Positions 59,288-64,000 of a DNA stretch of 64,000 nt are shown here, in pieces. This stretch comes from Niabella sp. (GTDB taxonomy: Bacteria; Bacteroidota; Bacteroidia; Chitinophagales; Chitinophagaceae). The stretch lies in contig JASGIU010000002.1 of assembly GCA_047601605.1 (NCBI GenBank), positions 1,688,370-1,752,369 of the forward strand, in the 5' to 3' direction. The number at the start of each line of letters is the position of its first letter. Position 1 is the first letter of the stretch. A program made the translations under genes and the position numbers. The notes under the pieces are model-generated. The model did not search any database and had not been told where the DNA came from. It saw only the letters and a list, made by a program, of their open reading frames with translations.

Positions 59288-59835
59288 TTTGTTATTTGTC
59301 TGTGGCAAAATTCGTTAAATTCTGCCTCATTAGCAAGGGTTTCGCTGTTTTCAACGTAATGTTGATAGATTTTATTGTTCTTGCAGTCAATGGTCAGCAG
59401 TCCGTCTTTCAGTATAACATTGCTGAGTTCCTGCCAGTTAAAGTTCTTTTTTGGGAAAGACGGATACGATATATGCGACTCAGAAATGCTTATTTCCATA
59501 TTCCTGCGGGCGATGACATATAACAACCAAAGCGCCATGTTGGCAAAGAACGCCCAATAATTGTGAAACCTGAACCACCGCACGGCAATGATAATGATCA
59601 GAAGGCCAATGGGCGTGAGCGGTTTATTTTTTTTGGTCAGATACGCATCCCTGCCCACTACGAAAAGCAGCGCTATACTGACGAGTATAGTAAAGAGATG
59701 GTATCTGTTCGTGCCCATCATGTAATCCTGATATAGCTGCACGATAAGATTGACCAACACGATGCCATAAGCCATGAACTGATAAAGCTTCAGTTTGGTA
59801 TTGGGTATGGGAAAATGATAAGACTTTTCCGGCAT
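59284..59835 (-). CDS. Hypothetical membrane protein with C-terminal PH-like segment
   Basis: About four hydrophobic segments, then WQELSNVILKDGLLTID. Starts 3 nt after the ccmF stop. Confidence 0.7.
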   Translation of the reverse strand: MPEKSYHFPIPNTKLKLYQFMAYGIVLVNLIVQLYQDYMMGTNRYHLFTILVSIALLFVVGRDAYLTKKNKPLTPIGLLIIIIAVRWFRFHNYWAFFANMALWLLYVIARRNMEISISESHISYPSFPKKNFNWQELSNVILKDGLLTIDCKNNKIYQHYVENSETLANEAEFNEFCHRQITK

Positions 59836-59838
59836 GGC

Positions 59839-62442
59839 TTAGTCGGTTTTTAGTTTTCTCCGGTTGTTTTTGATACGATAGAACATGCTGATGAGCGAGC
59901 CTAACACCGTGATCACCACGCCGCCCCACAGCACATTGATATAAGGGAATTTGTATGCTTTAAGCGTCACATATTCCAGCACGTCCGTGGATTCCTTTAC
60001 CCCGATTTTGGCTTGTCCGTTGTTCACATCGTCCAATTGCAGCACAAGGTTTTGCGACATAACCGTGTCCTGTGAGCGATAAAACGGTTTCCCCTGACTT
60101 TTGATGAGCAACAGGTCAGATTGATAAGAGGAACCGTGGAGCTGCTGCACTTTCACGGTCGCGGTGTATCCTGTGTCCGCAGGTGAAACACCCGCCAGGG
60201 GCAATTTGTCTTTGCCGACCAATTTTTCAATGGTCATGAAGCCTTTACTGTAAAAAATAGTATCGCCGATGGCTTTCCAATGTGTTGCAAAGCCGCTTGT
60301 ATCTTCGGAAGCTGCCGGTTTGTAGAAAGACGAAATGTAGGTAAATATATCATGATCCCAATAATGCTTGGCATCCGGGTTGGCCATCAGTCCTTCCTGA
60401 CCTTTATAATTTACAAAGGCATTGGGCGTCAGCCAAAACTTTTCTTTCCCGTCCTTGGACTCCATGTATATTTTAAAATAAGTCTGTTGTTTTTTGGGGT
60501 GGGCAGAATCGCCGACATAAGTCACCATGTAATTGTTCATCTGCATAGGTACGCCTTTTACAAGCGTCAGGTTCTCGCCTGTTTTTTCCTTGCTGTCTTT
60601 GCCAAACGGCACTGCAATGCCGCTGGTATTATAAGAAAGGACTTCTTTTTTGCCCGAAGAAAGCAATATGCCCACGAGCATCAACCCAAAGCCAAAATGC
60701 GCAATCGAGCCGCCCGCTTTTTTAAGGTTGCCCTTTTGTGCGGAAAAAATATACATGGCGTTGGCTATCGTGGCATACACTGCGGCAACCAAAGCAATCC
60801 AGATGTTTATCAGAAAACCAAGCCCTTCTTTGTCATAATTGATTTTTATCACGACAAGGATAAATGTGGCCACGACAGCACTAATCAGTGTGGGGAGGGC
60901 TATGTTTTTCAGGAAAATATTTTTCGGTGTGGATTTATAACGGAAATACTGCGCGATGGCGGTCAGGAATCCGATGATGATAGCCACCAGGATTTGTATC
61001 TGGTTATATTCAAACTCGTTTCTTTCGCCCAAAGCCCTGTTTACGTTGAACAATTTGTTGAACACGGGCAAAGAGGTCTGGAACGTGATGATAAGAGCCG
61101 AAAGGAAAAATACAATTGCGCCGATGAACATCCAGAACTCGCGGGAGGATGTACTTTCTTCCTGCTTTGCTGCCGGGATTTGTTTGTTGACAAGCGCGAT
61201 AAAAGTAACAATACCGCCCAGCAGTACATACAATGGAAAACCGGGGACAACTTCACTAAGAAAATAAGTTGCCAGCGACAGCAGTAAAGTGACGGCGGCG
61301 ATGATGCCGCGCTGTTTGTTAGTGGTCGCTGCTAAAAAAGGTGCCAGCCATACAAACACAAGCATAAACAAAAACAATTGCCCGTTCATGCCGATGTCCG
61401 CAAAAGCGTGTACGGAAGCCTCGCCCAGCACGCCGCTCTTGGTAAGAAAAGTAGAATATACTACAAAGATGAACGAAAGCGCCATGAAGAGGAACGTGGC
61501 GCGCAACGATTGCTTGGTGTGCTTATAAATCAGCATCGTGTGCAGCCCCGCCACCGAAATCATCCACGGCACGAGCGAGGCGTTCTCCACAGGATCCCAG
61601 GCCCAATAACCACCAAAGTTCAGGGATTCATAAGCCCATTTGGCACCCATCATAATGCCTAAGCCAAACACGCCGATGGAAAATAATGTCCACGGCAGCG
61701 CGCGGTTTATCCACTCGCCAAGCTTTTTTGTCCATAAACCAGCTAAAGCAAAAGCAAAGGGTATGAGCACCGAGGCAAAACCTAAAAACAGCACCGGGGG
61801 GTGGATTACCATCCAATAGTTCTGCAATAAAGGGTTCAGGTCATTTCCGTCCTTTATCATGCTCAGGTAATCGGGACGTATGGGCTGGCTCAGGTCAAAG
61901 TTCACGTGCATGGCGGGCGCTTCGTCCAGCACGCCCGATTCGCGCAGGAGGATGAACGGGTTAGAGCCTATCCTGACATCAAAAATATGGATGCCCACAA
62001 TCATCGTGGCAAGGAAAAACTGCGCAAAGCTCACGATGGCCATCACGGGCGCTTCCCATTCTTTTTCACGGCGGATGACAATCAGCCCTAATATGCAGTG
62101 CCAAAAAGACCACAGCAGCGTACTGCCTTCCTGCCCTTCCCAAAAACTACTAAGGATATATTTGAACTCCAACGAGCGGCTGGTGTGCTGCCAGGCATAT
62201 TTGTACTCAAAAAGATGATGGTAAAGAATGTGCAACAGGGCGGCAAAGATGATAAATACCGAGAGGCTCTCTGCGATGAAAGACCAACGCGCCAGTTTCA
62301 GCCATGCCTTTTTATCATCGGGCTGCTGTGTGCCCACGGTCTTAAAATAGGCAAAGGAAGCTATCAGCGAAGCTACAAGCGATAATACTACAAAAAAATG
62401 TCCTACTTGTCCGGGCAAAAGCTGTTCACCTATGTACGTCAT
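59839..62442 (-). CDS. ccmF: Cytochrome c maturation heme lyase CcmF (Bacteroidota long form)
   Basis: W.GQEGS, NPLLQNYWMVIHPP, GGYWAWDPVENASL (WWD) and SVHAF. Confidence 0.93.
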   Translation of the reverse strand: MTYIGEQLLPGQVGHFFVVLSLVASLIASFAYFKTVGTQQPDDKKAWLKLARWSFIAESLSVFIIFAALLHILYHHLFEYKYAWQHTSRSLEFKYILSSFWEGQEGSTLLWSFWHCILGLIVIRREKEWEAPVMAIVSFAQFFLATMIVGIHIFDVRIGSNPFILLRESGVLDEAPAMHVNFDLSQPIRPDYLSMIKDGNDLNPLLQNYWMVIHPPVLFLGFASVLIPFAFALAGLWTKKLGEWINRALPWTLFSIGVFGLGIMMGAKWAYESLNFGGYWAWDPVENASLVPWMISVAGLHTMLIYKHTKQSLRATFLFMALSFIFVVYSTFLTKSGVLGEASVHAFADIGMNGQLFLFMLVFVWLAPFLAATTNKQRGIIAAVTLLLSLATYFLSEVVPGFPLYVLLGGIVTFIALVNKQIPAAKQEESTSSREFWMFIGAIVFFLSALIITFQTSLPVFNKLFNVNRALGERNEFEYNQIQILVAIIIGFLTAIAQYFRYKSTPKNIFLKNIALPTLISAVVATFILVVIKINYDKEGLGFLINIWIALVAAVYATIANAMYIFSAQKGNLKKAGGSIAHFGFGLMLVGILLSSGKKEVLSYNTSGIAVPFGKDSKEKTGENLTLVKGVPMQMNNYMVTYVGDSAHPKKQQTYFKIYMESKDGKEKFWLTPNAFVNYKGQEGLMANPDAKHYWDHDIFTYISSFYKPAASEDTSGFATHWKAIGDTIFYSKGFMTIEKLVGKDKLPLAGVSPADTGYTATVKVQQLHGSSYQSDLLLIKSQGKPFYRSQDTVMSQNLVLQLDDVNNGQAKIGVKESTDVLEYVTLKAYKFPYINVLWGGVVITVLGSLISMFYRIKNNRRKLKTD

Positions 62443-62448
62443 GATTGT

Positions 62449-62895
62449 TTATTGTTTAGCAATGGCCGGCGCGGCGGCACTTTGTGTCGTCGTTCTTTGT
62501 TCCTGCGGAATGTGTTTGCTGGGATCCTGATCTTTGTACTTGCTTGGGCATTTGGTCTGAATACTTTGGCAAACGAACTTTTCACCGTCGTATTTGCCCT
62601 TCATGACCAATTTTTCGCTGAGTTCAAAATTTTCGGGTTTGGGATTGTGATACACCACGTCAATTTTTTCTCCAAGACTGTCTATCGCCCTGAATGCCAG
62701 ATAATTCGGGTTTTTTATGGCATCGTATTCCATTGGGGCGCTTTTATCCCATTTAGCCATCAGGTGCACAAACTTGCCCGGCTTTGCCTTGGCTGTAGCC
62801 ACGGTGTCGTAAGTGGTGGTCGTTTGTAAAAAACTAACCAGCACCGCGATGGATGCCGCAATCAGTACTAAAAGGATAATGTGGATTTTTTTCAT
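62449..62895 (-). CDS. ccmE: Heme chaperone CcmE, CxxxY type
   Basis: N-terminal anchor, OB-fold-type body and TKCPSKY. TAATTTTG promoter at 62916-62923. Confidence 0.88.
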   Translation of the reverse strand: MKKIHIILLVLIAASIAVLVSFLQTTTTYDTVATAKAKPGKFVHLMAKWDKSAPMEYDAIKNPNYLAFRAIDSLGEKIDVVYHNPKPENFELSEKLVMKGKYDGEKFVCQSIQTKCPSKYKDQDPSKHIPQEQRTTTQSAAAPAIAKQ

Positions 62896-63140
62896 TCCCG
62901 CCTATAAAATTTTTGCAAAATTAGGCCAAAAGCCCTGACTTTTTACAGTAACATTACAAAAGGCGTTTTGTTGAGCGGGTGGGGAAATATTTTTACCCGA
63001 AAGATTTTAAGTCTTTCTTTACAGGGGGGACGGTGTTAGTTTGTTAACAAAAAATGTACCGAACAGATTCGTTAAGATATGACTTTCCGCCAATGATTTG
63101 AGTCAGAGGCAGTTTTGAATTATTATGAAAACGGCTTTTT

Positions 63141-63156
63141 TGGCAGACAATTTGCT
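63141..63156 (+). promoter_or_regulatory. Putative sigma54 (-24/-12) promoter
   Basis: TGGCAGACAATTTGCT versus consensus TGGCACG-N4-TTGCW, with exact GG-GC spacing. Confidence 0.6.
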
Positions 63157-63316
63157 TTATAAATGATGTTACCCTCTGAATGATAATGGTGACAACAACC
63201 CGTTAAGAAAGCAGGCAGCCCTGCTGATAGCACGAAAAGGCAGTACATATTCTCAGGGGAGTATTTCTATACTAAGTTAGGTATTCATTGTTCAACTTTT
63301 AAAAATCTGTAATCGT

Positions 63317-63529
63317 ATGAGGACTGTTTTAAAAAACAACACCGGAGTGATTGACATGGGGCTCGGTAATGCTTTGCCCGTGAGTTTTACAGGAGATGCC
63401 ATTAACCATCTTTCCCATTCCAAAGAGTCGTTTAACCTTAGCGAATGGGTTTGGCATGTAGAGGTTATCAACGGTGTAAAGTATTGTATTGTTACGGACA
63501 AATTACTTCGTAAAGATTCGGGCAAATAG
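63317..63529 (+). CDS. Small hypothetical protein (70 aa)
   Basis: ATG after an AT-rich leader; lies between the predicted promoter and a terminator. Confidence 0.5.
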   Translation: MRTVLKNNTGVIDMGLGNALPVSFTGDAINHLSHSKESFNLSEWVWHVEVINGVKYCIVTDKLLRKDSGK

Positions 63530-63667
63530 AAAGGCACAAAGGTTAAATTTATACGCATGAAAACTTTTCTTATGATTTTACTTTGCAAAAAGAGTAGGAC
63601 AGGTGTTTGGTGATAGCCCGCGTAGGCGATGAAGCTGTTTGTATAAAAGAGGGAAGGAAAGTTTTCG

Positions 63668-63692
63668 TCCCCGGCTAATGCCGGGGATTTTT
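63668..63692 (+). terminator. Intrinsic terminator
   Basis: TCCCCGGC-TAAT-GCCGGGGA-TTTTT. Confidence 0.85.
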
Positions 63693-64000
63693 GTGTTGGA
63701 CATGAATCCAACCGAAGGATTGACTCTCAATATACCTGATAGTTTAGACATGGGCGATAAGTTTTCTACATTTCTATTGCTTTGTCGCTCTAAAATGTCG
63801 CTCGTTCCTTAATGATAGGTTTCATTCGATTCTGCCGCTGGGTCTAAACGTACGAAATTCGTTTGCCGACCTCCGGTGAAATAAATGAACCTGCTGCTGA
63901 TTTTTACAAATTATTATCATACCGATTTGATTTTAAATCGGGTAAACCCAAAGAATTTTAGTAGCTTAGCAGAAAGGTGCAGACAAATGAATTTGTTTGA

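Noticed and set aside
257-62829. Many long antisense or alternate-frame ORFs in the track (e.g. 4233-5159, 5458-6354, 57992-58846, 60280-61287)
   Set aside because: They fully overlap confidently identified genes, show no recognisable motifs, and are typical shadow ORFs.
63240-63262. TCTCAGG resembling a glycine riboswitch
   Set aside because: The other conserved blocks (GGAGA, CCGAAG) and the tandem architecture are missing, and no glycine-related gene follows.
63292-63711. 139-aa minus-strand ORF
   Set aside because: It runs through the plus-strand terminator and is antisense to the better-supported 70-aa ORF, with no minus-strand promoter or terminator logic.
63702-63812. 36-aa ORF after the terminator
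   Set aside because: No promoter, motif or terminator support; the length is compatible with chance.
1-64000. CRISPR arrays, tRNA/rRNA genes, transposases, integrases, prophage or defence genes
   Set aside because: None were recognised in the sequence or the ORF track.

Overview
Chromosomal window from a Bacteroidota bacterium, probably Chitinophagaceae (inferred from SusC/SusD pairs, TAnnTTTG promoters and no Shine-Dalgarno sites). It is mostly housekeeping genes: argD-argF'-argB-argE, speB, msrA, gltBD, sucC, queD, rpe, rpsL-rpsG, ilvE, ispF, murF and ccmEF. An AT-richer ~18.5 kb polysaccharide-utilisation locus (about 12.1-30.4 kb) encodes an AraC regulator, two SusC/SusD pairs, a Tat metallophosphoesterase, an endoglycoceramidase-like GH5, an aryl-sulfate sulfotransferase lipoprotein, a GH130 Man-beta1,4-Glc phosphorylase and a GPH transporter. 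It has no mannanase or cellobiose 2-epimerase. The leading hypothesis is a locus that harvests head groups from Man-Glc-ceramide glycosphingolipids. Other notable items: a 160-nt nested hairpin element between gltB and gltD; a duplicated 99-bp susC leader; a predicted sigma54-driven small-ORF unit at the right end; an rpsL-rpsG operon lacking fusA; a frameshifted GH99/WbsX-like lipoprotein gene; and a CxxxY-type CcmE in an operon with a radical SAM gene. I saw no CRISPR array, tRNA, rRNA or transposase. All family calls come from motif recognition by eye; no database searches were run.
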